Shown here one piece after another: positions 1-13,800 of a stretch of 64,000 nucleotides of DNA. This DNA is from Rozella allomycis CSF55. Lineage: Eukaryota. The notes beneath the pieces were generated by a model. It did no database searches, was not told the DNA's origin, and saw only the letters and a list, made by a program, of their open reading frames with translations. Location: the NCBI GenBank assembly GCA_000442015.1, contig KE560904.1:1-64000 (forward strand), in the 5' to 3' direction. Every line of letters begins with the position of its first letter. Positions within the stretch are counted from its first letter, which is position 1. The translations under genes were made by a program, and so were the position numbers.

Positions 1-134
1 TCATGAGTTAAGTATTTTTCCGACTTAATGATTCCTTGTTTTACCAGAACCAATACCAGGGTTTCGTAAAGACCTGCAAACCTTAAAATTTAGACCCTTG
101 TAAATAATTAAAAAAAGATACCCTTGTAAAAATC

Positions 135-2243
135 ATGAGCAAACAAGAGAACATGTTTAAGGATCAAATAAATGTTCCACGAGGCGAACGAGTTGATATA
201 TTCGATCCCCTGGCTTTGTTGAATTTTATGAATATGCAAATGATTGATGAAACTAAATTGTTCGTTCTATTTGGAGAGACGCGGAAGATTGAAATGTCAG
301 GACGAGAAGCAGCGATTGCACAGGCAGCAGAAAAGTTCAAAGTATTTGCAAATCCTGTTGGAAAAAGTAGAGAAGATAGGGCAATTCCAGTTGTGTCTGG
401 ATTGAGTGGAATTGGGAAGACTCGGTTGATGGAAGAATTTGAAACTATATTTGACATGGCAGGTGTAGGTCAACCGCGTTTTGGTGTTATTGTTTCTTAT
501 GAAGTTGGGCATAATCCTCAGCCAGTTGAGCAGAGTATGCGAATTGAGGCCTCATTTTCATGGAGATTGTTGTATCGGGTGTTTATAGAGGGAAATGGAG
601 TGGACTTTATAAAGTGGTTTGGAACATGTTTACCTGTTAATGGAGCTGGTTTGACTCTTGATACAGCCTTGGAAGTGATCCGAATGAAGGCTGAATCATT
701 GGGATTAATTGGCGAGAATGACGTGTTCCATATGTTTCTTGGAGTGGACAAGTATCATTATATCGAGGATGTTAAAGGAATTCCAGTCTCTCATGAGCCT
801 CTCTTGCAAGATTTGATCAACGCCATTAATGGTGTGGTGGCGTCGCCTGTTGATAACATTCGTATCTATCCGATGGGTGCTTGTAAAAACTTGTCTGTCG
901 TATCCATTCTCAGGACACAGTCAATTAGATTACCTATGTCCTTTCTAAGTGTCGCTGAAATGGAACGATCAATTGAGTCTATACCATGTGGTTTGAATCT
1001 TTTGAAGCAAGCCGCTGTGCGTAGACATTTGTTTTATTTGGGAGGAGTACCAAGATGGTTCACGCAATATATCTTGACGCTAGTGGACAAAGTATCAGAG
1101 AGCGTGGACAAGGTCCCAACAATTGAGCAAGCCAAAAAAGCGTTTCAGTGCACCGAGGCGCAATACATAAATGAATGGGGAAGGGTGAGAGAGAATGGCA
1201 GGCGCAGGCATTTGGAACAAATCGAGTTTATCAAACTTGCAGCATACTCCTTTTCTGGGTTAAAAGTTGTACTAAATTCTAAGGACATTGGAAATTTGAG
1301 TTGGGCACATCTTGAAGGCTCTGTGTGTTTGATTAATGACAATTGTATATCAATTCCGTATGCAATAGTTCGCAGAATTGCTGGCTACGACTCAATAGAT
1401 TTCACAGATAGGGCAGTTAAGTGCTTCATTGAATGTCTCAAAGGACTGGTCGAGACAGTGGACAAATTGATGTATGAAAAGTCACCATGGCAGCTTTGGG
1501 GAGTCTTTGGTGCCTATTTGCACGCCTTGCGCATTAATGCATTACTTATCATTGGCAAGGACACAGTGAAGGTAAGGGAGCTGTTTGAAGGGGCTTTGAT
1601 TAATGGATGTGACCAGGAAGTCAAGTTGAGGCCCATGCTAGTAATGGAAACAGAAGACAAGCTCTCATCGCAGTTGGGATCATCTGTCAAAAGAAAAGGG
1701 CGTGTTGATGAAGTGCACGATTACCTGCAAGAAGGGATAGTTGTAATCAACGGTGAAAATGGACAAGGAGTTGATCCATTCTTTGCTCTTGAATCAACAC
1801 AAGGTGGATACATTTTAATTAACGATCAACGGAAGCATGACTCTGGTGAACAAACGGTTACCAACTTGATACATAAGGCTCTAATCAAGCCAAACATTCA
1901 GCATGTCTCTGTCACCGTTATCCCATGTCTTTTTAGCTGTTTTTCTTCCTTTTCTCTTACCGAAATTCCAAAAAACTCAATTGTCGTGTCATATCCTCAA
2001 TCGAAAGCATATCATGGTTCGATGTGGATTCATCCAGCAGCTTCTCCGTATATCAATGTCAACAATACCTCAATCACTCATCTGAAAAATATTTTGAACG
2101 GTGCCGATGTTGCAACTGCTGCCAGACAGATTATTGCTAACAAAAGAAAATATGCATCAATTGTAGAATTGGATGAAGATTTGAAAAGATTTGGCGCCTG
2201 TATCAAAGAAGAAGAGAAGGAAAGAATTGTATTTGCTAAATAA
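135..2243 (+). CDS. Crinkler (CRN)-type effector/toxin module: P-loop NTPase + PD-(D/E)xK-like nuclease + C-terminal helix-hairpin-helix
   Basis: Intronless 702-aa ORF. Walker A VSGLSGIGKT; degenerate Walker B FLGVDKY; LGGVPRW motif; REase-like GVDPFFAL...LINDQRK; HhH-like PYINVN...ARQIIANKRKYASIVEL. No LFLAK/ubiquitin-like header is visible. Confidence 0.7.
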   Translation: MSKQENMFKDQINVPRGERVDIFDPLALLNFMNMQMIDETKLFVLFGETRKIEMSGREAAIAQAAEKFKVFANPVGKSREDRAIPVVSGLSGIGKTRLMEEFETIFDMAGVGQPRFGVIVSYEVGHNPQPVEQSMRIEASFSWRLLYRVFIEGNGVDFIKWFGTCLPVNGAGLTLDTALEVIRMKAESLGLIGENDVFHMFLGVDKYHYIEDVKGIPVSHEPLLQDLINAINGVVASPVDNIRIYPMGACKNLSVVSILRTQSIRLPMSFLSVAEMERSIESIPCGLNLLKQAAVRRHLFYLGGVPRWFTQYILTLVDKVSESVDKVPTIEQAKKAFQCTEAQYINEWGRVRENGRRRHLEQIEFIKLAAYSFSGLKVVLNSKDIGNLSWAHLEGSVCLINDNCISIPYAIVRRIAGYDSIDFTDRAVKCFIECLKGLVETVDKLMYEKSPWQLWGVFGAYLHALRINALLIIGKDTVKVRELFEGALINGCDQEVKLRPMLVMETEDKLSSQLGSSVKRKGRVDEVHDYLQEGIVVINGENGQGVDPFFALESTQGGYILINDQRKHDSGEQTVTNLIHKALIKPNIQHVSVTVIPCLFSCFSSFSLTEIPKNSIVVSYPQSKAYHGSMWIHPAASPYINVNNTSITHLKNILNGADVATAARQIIANKRKYASIVELDEDLKRFGACIKEEEKERIVFAK

Positions 2244-3073
2244 ATCTATTTGTGTCCCTTACAAACAAGTATTAAACGATTACTAACATAAATCTAAGAC
2301 TATTACATGCTTTCGGCATATTAGTTGATTTTCAATCTCATGCCAAAGCTACTCAATGGCCATCTATCTCTACAAATTCGCAATGTGTGCATTATAGAAC
2401 CCGCACTCCCGCAGTCATATAATTGGTTTTCAGAAGCGTCCAGTTTGATGAGTTTCCTCCCATTCTTTGTGGAGTTTTGAGAAATATGTTTGCGGTTTTG
2501 CGGCTTTGCGCGCATCCCAATTTCGATACACATAGTGGAATAAAGATAGCATAGATTCATTCACATATTGACTCAGGTGTTGGCAAGAGTTTAACAACGC
2601 TTTCGTTTATCCCTAACTGGATATTGGAAATTTGGACGGTTTCATGGATTAATGTTTCACCACATAACACATTCCACAGGCCACAGCTGCTTGTGTGCCC
2701 CTGTCCCATGTTTCTAACTTGTCATTGTTTTTACAGCATTCTTGTTTAAGGATGGCGGGAAAATATGCTCATACCTGACTCCTCTGATATTCACTTTTAC
2801 CGGTGTGTCGATATGCTACACGTCCACTTGTTATCATTTTTGTCTAATACTAATTGTATTCTTTTTGAAAAGTACCTTACATGAATAAAAGCAAGGCAAA
2901 TGACATCACTATCACTTAATTAGAAAAGTGATGGGAAAAAGAAAATTAATAGAATTATAGAATTAATCAAAATCATTCCAATATTCCGTGCTATAATCTG
3001 ATCAACGAATAATTCGATTTTGAAGTTCTTTCTTTGGAATCGGAGCAGCCACATCTTGATCTCTTGACTCTTC

Positions 3074-3913
3074 ATGTTTCTACTTTCGTCTATTTTCGCT
3101 ATTTTATTTTCGACCATTTTTTGTTCAATAGAAATAAAAACGGCGAGTATCGAAAAGTACGATAACCAAAAACTCTCCTTGAAGAAAAAGTATGCAATAA
3201 CTACTGTAAATAATCCTAGTGTCACCCCTTTCACTAAAATTGACTCGATAACTTTAAAGAGTACTGATACGTTACACATTTACATTAATGCTAAACCCCA
3301 AATATACCAAGCTCTTGCCATACTTAATGACAGTCACAAAAACTTTAAAACTATAGGTGCTCAATCAAAGAACGGAAATTTAGTATTCAAAATTGTAAAA
3401 TGGTTTATATTTGTCTAGTAGACTCCAAAAACTCTGGCAGGTTGGCATCCAGGTGACTCATCCTTGAAAATTGTTCTTGGAACTCATGCCGACAACAAAG
3501 ATGCCGAGTCCGTTGAATGGCTCATGGGATTGTTGAAGTTTGATATTGAAGAGCCTGTACTATCCCATCCAGCTAATCCTTTAGATGCTTTTCATCCACT
3601 ACCAGAAATACGACATGTGTTTAGAGAAGATGTCAAAAGACCTCATGCATTGCTTTCTTATGTATTCACAGTTATCGTTTTGGCACCTTGGATTTTACTT
3701 TTGAAGCAATGGAGAAAGTTGGAGGTGAATCTTAGAAATTTTCATTATTCATTTTCGTCCATATTGTTTATTGCAAGCATAGTTGGAATCAATTATGTGT
3801 TGGTCAGAGCGTGGATATCGTGGCAGTTGTTTCAAACTATTGGATACTTATTTGCCTTGTCAGTGGTTACAGTCTTAAGTGGCAAAAGTGCATTAGGGCA
3901 AATTTCTATATGA
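3074..3913 (+). CDS. SWP1: Oligosaccharyltransferase subunit ribophorin II (Swp1/RPN2)
   Basis: Signal peptide; one short intron near 3395-3421; PLPEIRHVFREDVKRP motif followed by three TM helices. Confidence 0.85.
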
Positions 3914-3948
3914 AACAACCAATAATAAATCAATGAATTTTATACTGA

Positions 3949-5980
3949 TTATATACACGATTCGGAAGTTGAAGTCGATATGAAATTTTGATTTATTGTT
4001 TCCATTTCAATTACGATGATATCTTTTGAAGAATTGACATTATTCCAATATCGGGGTGCACACTTGACTTTATAGAGAATTTCGAATGAATTTACTTTAT
4101 AAAATAGCGTTTCATTGTCATGCTCGTGAATGCTTTGTTCTTGATACACCTTTCTTAGAAAGCTAGCACCTTCAGCTGGGGGGTCCCATTCAGGATTATT
4201 GGCCTTTAAAATCTACAAGAATATTATACCTTGAAATTAAGAAAGGACGCTTCCATTTTTCCATCATTAGATTGCATCACTTTATCTACCTTATGGCCAT
4301 ACTAAACTCAGTAACTATTGAACAAATTACAATTGAGTTCCCATGTCGTTTGAAATCAAACACAGCGAATGAACAAACTCTGCCTATACCTTGTATATGA
4401 ACAGAAAACTCGCGAAAAAAGTCAATTATTTCTGATGAACATTTTGACATTTTAAAATAGAGAATATATGGGACAACTAATACTCCAACCACTTCATAGA
4501 TCAAACTTTGGATGCGATAACTGTAAAGTCTTTCAAATTCTTTCTTGACTTTATATGATCCTGGGTTCCTCTTCCAACTAGAAGGAATAAAGTGTATTTT
4601 ATCAATAATGTTAGACATCAACTCTTTAGTATCCACAAGAAGAGTTTCATTCGCCATTAAACAACGGGAAACGGCCAATATAGCACCGAAAACGCCTAAA
4701 TACCAAACCAATGATCTACCAGAGCCTATTTCTAGGAAAAGAATTTCTTCTTTAGCCAAACCAACGAGTGCTAATGTAACCGTAACAGTTCCAGAAACAA
4801 AAACAAGGAAACGCCCTATAGCATCAAACAAAAGATTGGGAAATTGAGAAAGGTATAATTCGGCGAATGGAATGCTTTCATTCAACCTCCGCTGAAATAA
4901 ATGGTCCATTTCATTAAAATCTCGAAAGCGCATTTTGGAGTACTCAGTATAGTTTCTGGCAGATAAATTCTCAAAGTTTTTGTGGTTCTCACTAGCTATT
5001 TTAAAAAATGTAAAAATAAATAGAAATATTAATATAAATGGTAAAAATATAAAGTTGATCAACGCCATCCTTTGGAATCTCTTCTCCAATCTAATCAAAT
5101 GGAACATTCATCATTACTCCAAAGACAAGAGCTTCTTGCAACTAGAATTCATAATGAATTCATTTAAATCGCCATCTTCTTTGAAGACAAAATTGCTTAT
5201 GCAGAAATCTAAGTTCCATTGCATTTGTTTAGTCAAGAAATGAACGTCGCTTTTTAACAATATAAAGTTATATGTACCCCAATTTTATATCAATAATGTC
5301 CTTGTTATACAATGCTATAAAGTAGTTTTCTTTCCTCATTATTCTATTGGCGATATCATGGGCATTCATTTGGTGAAAAGTAAACTCATATTCTTCTTGC
5401 AATTCAATAAATTTATTAGTAACTTCATGCCATTCTAAACATAGCAATTGGTTCGCATCAATGCCTAAAACTTGATTGTAAAATTTTGACATTTTTATCA
5501 TCTCTTGAATGTCAAAGCTCATCTTAACTAAACAATAAACCCAAAAACATAAAAATAGCACATAACAAATGATGACAAAGTAATTTGGTCTACTAAATAA
5601 TTAACAATTGGTCTACCGGGTGGAAAAGTCTATCAGCCTTTTCCATGTAAAACTCTTTTCATTGTTGAAAAACTCTCTATAATTTACAAATGACATTAAA
5701 AATAAGGAATAAATCATCACAAGTCCCAAAATGCTGATCTATTCCTATTTGCAACACTTACAATGTATTTAGAACCCGCCTTGTTATAGCATTCATTAAA
5801 CCTTTCGAAACATAAAATTCATACATCTTCATAAGATTTCAAACGAATCTTTACCCGTCTCAAAAACATGTCAAGAGATTTTGATGTCGTCCATTTGAAA
5901 TGTGTGTTTGCTTTATTTTCTATCAATGGCTTTAACTCTAGAATAAAATTGGGGCTAATATCTTCTTCGTCATATGTCAT
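3949..5980 (-). CDS. ATG9: Autophagy lipid scramblase Atg9 (multi-exon; 5' end uncertain)
   Basis: AHDIANRIMRKENYFIALYNK, FRDFNEMDHLFQRRL, IIDFFREFSVHIQGIGRVCSFAVFDF and GKMEASFLNF motifs. Confidence 0.92.
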
Positions 5981-6255
5981 GATCGGTAGGGTCTGCTTTG
6001 CCACAAAGTTTTATGCCATCAACAAAGTTTGTCTGAAGATATCATTCATTCTACTTCGTTGCCATCAAAATACTTAGAAATTGTACCGAATTACATTTAT
6101 TCGTGTTTACAATAAGAGTATCTGCAAATCCATCCGTTATGAAAGACAGGAATTAAACGGATATCGTAATCCAATTAACTTGAGACAAAAAATAATATAA
6201 TACTCAAGGTATGCCAACAACTGGGAATCAAAGAACCAGCCACTGCCATTTGCCA

Positions 6256-7077
6256 ATGAATAGTCAAGAAGGAAACCAAGTTTGGGATTTTATTGTCAAT
6301 AATATTGACACAGTAGATAAAGCTGATCAATATCTTACCCAAATTCTGCAAGAAATAGACCAAATTCTGGGAGAGACTTGTCAAGACGCATATGCGTTAT
6401 ACAAGAAAATGGGCGAATACTCCAAACTGATAAAAAAATCACACCAGCATTTATCAGTAATAGAATTTCGAAATATAAAATAGTGTTGGGCTAATGTATT
6501 TCAAACCTTCCATGACTTGAAAATTGATCAACTTCAAGATTCGGAAAGTGAGAATAGTGATCTTCTTAATGAATCTGTTACAGAAACAGTTGATATAGAA
6601 GAAAAAGAGAATATAAATATACAAACTCCTCTTAAAACTGTGATTCCTAGAACTCCTTATAAAAAGGACAATCAGTCATTGCTACATAAAATTCTAAAAT
6701 CAGGAGCAACTCCTAAAATGAATGCAAGTCCACAATCGAATTCAACAATGTCATTTCTTTGCTCTCCACCCGCCACCATGGCCTTTGTGCGTTCTGCCAA
6801 GCACATACAATCGCCTATGAGTGATATTTCAATGCTAAGCACCCCCATTAATGCACAATCCGTTTCAGGACACAAATTTCACACCCCGTCACCTGCCTTT
6901 AGTGCCAATAGTGCAAATGTCGGCAATGATTCATTTATAGTTCGAACAGATCAAAGAATAAAGTCATTTCGAAGAATTTCAGATTCAGCCTCAGACATTG
7001 ATCCACTTGATCTTACAATGGATAGCGAAGATTTAAATTACAAAGCTAATGAATCGGTCGTTATTTCTCATAAGTAG
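6256..7077 (+). CDS. Possible DASH/Dam1 complex subunit Ask1-like protein (helical N-domain + S/T-P-rich tail)
   Basis: A 27-nt intron at 6457-6483 joins DKADQYLTQILQEIDQIL...HLS to CWANVFQ, resembling the Ask1 'LEQxITLxLQEIDxNF...FWKQFF' pattern. The tail has many TP/SP sites. Confidence 0.45.
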
Positions 7078-7124
7078 CATTAATGTTTGTAAAAATAAAT
7101 TCAATATATCTCTATTTATTTAAT

Positions 7125-7414
7125 TTACATGACTGTGGGTTTGTCCGACATTCTAGGCACCCATTTCAGCATTTTTTCTTTCAAACAGAAATTTATATAT
7201 TACTTTGATGTTTGACAGCATATAGGAATCCAGCGATAGTTTCAACTTCATCAACTTTTGAAGTATGTAGGTGGTCATTAACACACATTAAGAGCTCGCG
7301 TTTTCTGATTCTAGTATCATTGCCACGTTCTTTTAATGAATAGGATCTCTTATATTTCAACAGAGATTCTTCATTCAAAAGATGTAAATCTAATGAAAAA
7401 TTGGTTGTTTCCAT
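7125..7414 (-). CDS. SAP30: SAP30-like protein consisting of the Sin3-binding domain only
   Basis: LDLHLLNEESLLKYKRSY...RELLMCVNDHL...VDEVETIAGFLYAVK matches the SAP30 Sin3-binding pattern. A short 3' exon encodes KKMLKWVPRMSDKPTVM*. Confidence 0.7.
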
Positions 7415-7546
7415 GCGGAAATATTCTTTCAATTTATAGCAATAGCAACAGTGAGCAGCTTGGAAAATTGCTTTGCCACCGGGAAGAAAATTTTTGAGAA
7501 ATTTATGTCCGAATTCTGGCTAATTTTAGACTTGTAATTTTCTAAA

Positions 7547-8783
<1,237 letters not shown>

Positions 8784-8881
8784 ATTTACAGGATGAACGC
8801 TTTATAAAGTAGTAAAATACTAATAAAAAACATTTGTTGAATTTAATTATCAACTTTGGCGTTTGTAACCCTTGGACTATT

Positions 8882-9576
8882 ATGACAGAAATTTTAGATT
8901 CGCTTCCATATTTTGATCAAGAGTATGAAATACCTGGTATTTTAAACTATCAAAATAAAATAGAAATAAAAAGCGAAGTTGATCGGTTAATAGAAAAGGA
9001 ACTTGCAAACTCAACCTTTGCTCCTCCAGAGCCAGTGGAAAATCTTCGTTTCAAGGTAAAACATACATATCCACATAAAAGGATGACAGCGTACTAAACT
9101 CAGAGTTTGAGAGAATGGATAAAGGGGTAGAAATGTCACAACTGGATATGGCTCGCTACAGATTAAACGTCCCAAAATCCAAAAACAAAAAAGAATGGAT
9201 AAAAGCGATAGAAAATGCATACATACAATTGGAACATCAAAGAATTAGGTAAAAGTAGAAGAAAAAAGGAATAGGGCCACAAATTTAGAGCTACTAAAGG
9301 CCTATGGTGCAGACGCATGGAATATTTATAACCAGCAAATGCGAGAGTTGGAAAATTACATTAACAGAGACCTGGAGTTTGTCAAAAATAACATAATTGA
9401 TATAAATAGGCAGAGAAAGATTGAGCAGGTAATAAATGGAACGATTGCTATTTCAGATAAAAGCAGGCAATGCAATTGAAGGTTTGGAGTTGAGAACGAA
9501 AGAAGCCTTGGACCAATTGATGCAAGTTCAATTAGCCGTTGAATTAGCAAAAAAACAATTGAGTAATAAGCAATAA
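8882..9576 (+). CDS. SPF27: Pre-mRNA splicing factor SPF27/BCAS2
   Basis: LDSLPYFD, LDMARY, WIKAIENAYIQLEHQRIR, NLELLKAYGADAW and INRQRKIEQ motifs across short introns. Confidence 0.88.
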
Positions 9577-9724
9577 ATGGATTTTCTTGATTTCATTCAT
9601 TAATAAAAATAGTAGTGTACCAGCTTAATAAGAAATGCTGCAGATTAATTTATCCTCTATAGACAAAGTGAATTGGATGATGAATTATATAACATGTCTC
9701 ATTTTAGCCAAGCAAAACTTTCAG

Positions 9725-10209
9725 TTGACGGGCCTGCCAGGTAAAGCTGAATGTCTTCCAAGTATCTCTGTGTGTTGATTCAACAGGAAGAAATAGCTAT
9801 TCAGTGTCACTTGTCGCCAGAGAACTCCCACTTTACTGATACCAATGTTTTCAATAACAATGGCTATGAATTTCAAAGGATGAGGTTATTCTCAATAAAA
9901 ACAAAGTCCAATCTTGTATGGATTTTAATAAGATTGCGCAGTCGAAAAAACGTTCGAAAATCCACCATATTTCATTTCTCAAACAGATTTGAAATGGTCG
10001 ANGTCTCAATTTACCGCAACAGTCCATACAATATTAGTCTTGCTATTGTGTATGGCCTTTTGCTAAAGCTCGACAGATCATCGGTCATATCAGTAAGAAC
10101 TAAGAGGGAATTCTCTGGAGACAAGTGACACTGGAAAGCTATTTCTTCCGTTGAATCAACACATAGGAGCAGGCATTGCACCAGACAAATACCGCAGAAT
10201 ACCCGTCAA
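9725..10209. repeat. Long imperfect inverted repeat (arms ~9725-9847 and ~10079-10209) enclosing smaller hairpins; candidate structured ncRNA or degenerate MITE
   Basis: 9769-9829 pairs with 10106-10165 with few mismatches; terminal TTGACGGG/CCCGTCAA; an N at 10002 lies in the loop. Confidence 0.85.
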
Positions 10210-10267
10210 TAAATTTATAAAGGTATAATTTGATTCTTACGGGTTTGGCGATAGAAAATTGAAATGC

Positions 10268-10812
10268 GGGATGTTAGGAAATTTCGACAATATGAAATTT
10301 GTTCCTGCACGTCCATTCGCTGATTTAGAAATTGATAGTGAATTTTACGAAGTCGCAACAGAGTATACACCTCTCGAAAAGCCATTTTCACATATATATG
10401 TTGATAGATTTGTTCATATATATCCGCAGTATGTGGAGGTGCAGCAATACTATTTCCCGCTTTCCGATGTGAAGAAAGTAATGATTGATGATATTGAAGA
10501 TGTGTATTTACTTGAAGATAGCAATATTAAGTTATTTAAACGATGGGGTAGAGTTAATAAAATTGAGATATAGGCAGGACTAGGATGGAATGGAGTTTGG
10601 TGGGCACGTAATTTTACGAGAAGTAATTTTGCATCGTATAATATGGTAATGAAGCTGAAGAGTCAAAAGTTTGTAAAGGTGGTAAGGACATGAGAGTTGA
10701 TTGAAAGGGGGTGACTTTGGACAGGAAGGAGGGATATACAAATCTGAAGGAATATTTAATAGCGAGAAAGAATTGGAGAGAAGAGAGAAATAAAAATGAG
10801 AAGAATGAATAA
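10268..10812 (+). CDS. Uncharacterised protein with YYFP...KxWG...WW motif (two introns)
   Basis: Splicing gives ...QQYYFPLSDVKKVMIDDIEDV...FKRWGLGWNGVWWARNF...; stop at 10810-10812. Confidence 0.55.
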
Positions 10813-10830
10813 AATATTTGTACAATTTAT

Positions 10831-13800
10831 TTAAACCAACTTTTCTGATGACAATTGGCGTTTGCAACGTTTGTATAGTTTACTGCTTGTATGCTTTCGT
10901 ATTTTTTTGAACCCCTTTGCAAGGAAAGGAACTAGGTAGTGTTCGCCAACAATAGAAATGACGAATTGTAAGACGAGTAAGCCCAGCATGATAACCATGA
11001 ACGAGTTTGGCAAGTCGATCAATTTCAACAAGTCATGAGTAAGAGACGCGGGCGAGAACATAACAAGCAAGTTTATGAGCAAGGCCAAGAGAAGACACGA
11101 TACAAAGCGTTCTATTTAAGAGAATGAATGTGAATACTGTTTGAAGTTATTGGCAACCTGAAAGGAGGACCAGAGCAGAATAGAAAGCCGTAGATGGCAT
11201 ACTGAAAATTCGCAAATAGAAAAAGAGCGGAATTTTCAAAGCTGGGAGTGTTTTTAGTGTCAGGAGCAGGTGGCATTGGAACGTATCTATAAAGTAACAA
11301 AAAAGGTGATACTCTGGCAATCTCTTTACAAGAATGAAAATAATTGATTGGAACAAGGCTTGAATAAATAAATGGAAAATGACAGAAAAGATTATTTTCG
11401 GGGCCATTAATCTTCCCGCTGGTCTCTTTCTAACTAAATGAAGACTTGGTTTTGAGTAGGCCACTAACTATGAAATTTCAGAAATAAAGATACTTGTTAT
11501 TGCGAGAGGCAAAACCAAAACGAGATCAATGTAAAGGAATTGAAAATCGCCTAATGTAGCACCGAAAAAGTATGAGAGACTGACGCTGGTGAATTGAATC
11601 ATAGAGTAAAGAGCCATAAACTTGAAGCAGCCAAAGGATGTGACGAGAGCCGCTCGACCATCTTTCATGATTTGGATGACGCCTTTAATGTCGATAGCTT
11701 TTTTGCAAGTGAAGGGAGCGGCAATTGAAGCGTCCGCATCACTTAGGGAAATGCCAACATCAGCAGCTTTGAGAGCCCCACAATCATTTGATCCATCGCC
11801 AACCATAGAAACACAATAACCAAATGAAATTAAAGTGTCGATTAAGAATAGTTTTTGGTCGGGTGACATTCTGGCAAAGACTCTGCATTTTTCTATTAAT
11901 TTAATATTTTCATCTTCTTTAGAAGCCAAAAGATAATCAAAGGCATCCCCTGTCATTACCAATTCAGCGTTTGAAGGAACGACAGAGTTTATGATTGAAT
12001 GATTTTTAGCGTCAGTGATTAAAAGTCTTCCATTTTTGATTTCAAGTTGAACAATTGAAGAATTTGAAGGAACAATTTTAACTTGTTCAGCAACTGCAAG
12101 GGCTGTCAGGACATTGTCGCCTGTGCTAATAATAGATTTACACCCAGCCACAGATAGATCTTTTAAAACAGAAAAAGATTCAGGTTTGATTTTGTTTGCC
12201 ATTATAATAAATCCAAGAAAGTTTAAATTGTTTTCTATTAATTGTCTATCATTGTAATTTTCATCTTGATTGATATTTTTGTATGCAACAGCAATAACTC
12301 TGTAGCCAAGACTAGTGTAAATTTTCAACTGAGAATCAAATAGATCTTTTTTTAGATCTACGCATAAGCCACGCAAAGATTCGGGGGCACCTTTAACATA
12401 AACTTTTAGATCGTTGCAATCTTTGCTCTGTACAATAACAGAAGTTCTTCTTAAACTGGCAATGAATTCATGAATTTTTAAAATAGAAAATGATTCTGAA
12501 TGATTCTTGTTGTGAATTATTGTTTCCAATTCATTTAATGGAGAATCTGAAATTTCCAATCCAGTCAATTCAAACATTTTAACATCGATTGGATCACCCA
12601 CTAGTTTGCCATCAACGTTGTGTAAAGAATGACAAGTGCTCATTGCAATAAACATTTCTCTATTTATTTCAGTAAATTTATCTTGATCATCACTTGAAAT
12701 AATTTTCATTTCTTCATAGCCAAACTGAACACCTTGGACGTCTAATCCTTCTTCTGTGATCGTTCCAGTCTTATCAAACACAATACAATTCAATCTTCCA
12801 CTAACATTAATTCTATTAATTGAAATCTATTAATTTACTTGTTTGGACTAATACAATAAATATGTTCAGATCTCAATCTTTTTAATGCATAAGAAATTCC
12901 AACACTCATTGTGGCTGGTAGTGCAGGGGGTATAGCTATAGTAAACAGATCTAAGGCTCTTTTCATTATATATCTCCACGAATTGCCAAATCTTATAAAA
13001 TTATAAATAGCCAAACAAAATCCAAGCCCAGCCAAAATTGCTAAAAATCCAACAAAATACAACGCATCTGAAAATAGTTTAGATGAATGTGGCTTGGGAA
13101 ACAAAATAGATCTAACCAAATTTCCCTTCAATGTACTAAATCTACTTTTAATAACCAACAATCTAACATTTCTTCTTCTCAACACCTTTGTTCCATGATA
13201 AACAACATGTCTCTCTAATCTCTCCAATGATTTCAAATTATTCTTAAACGTTTCTTTACTAACAGGCACTTTTGGAACTGGAACACTCTCCCCTGATTTC
13301 TGAAATTTCCTATTCTGTTACCTGTCAAAATACTTTCATCCATCAAACAATCCCCATCAACTATTATCGCATCACACGGTATCAATCCTTCAATTGGAAC
13401 AAAAATATCCCCAGGAACTAAATACTCACTCCCCACAGTCTCCTCTACATTGTCTCTAATCACTTTGACTTTAACATTGCTTTGACACATATTCTCCAAA
13501 TTAGCATAATTCTTTTGTATAAATTAAATCTCTTTTACTTTTCTTGTTTGATATAAAGTATCAATCAAACTCACAACAGTTATTACAAATATACAACTAG
13601 CATAATAGTAATATTCATCTGTAGACCACAAAATTATACTAAACAACTGAAACACATTGAATGGGTGCAAAATCTATTCAATTCATTCATTTAATCTCAC
13701 TTCATCCACAAGAATCAATCCCAACGACTTTTTTGGAATCTCAAGTTGATTCAATCCAAATATCTCAAGCTTCTCTTCAACTTCAAGCTTTCCAATTCCC

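Noticed and set aside
94-130. 11-nt direct repeat ACCCTTGTAAA upstream of the CRN start
   Set aside because: Only two copies in AT-rich DNA, with no matching copy at the other end of the gene to indicate a TSD.
2321-2880. Short Cys-containing minus-strand ORFs downstream of the CRN gene
   Set aside because: I found no recognisable domain or consistent splice model; possibly decayed sequence, but not supportable as a feature.
9732-9745. TTACCTGGCAGG on the minus strand resembling the U1 snRNA 5' end
   Set aside because: No U1 stem-loop I/II motifs or Sm site follow on that strand, and the AUUGCAC-like word is on the opposite strand.
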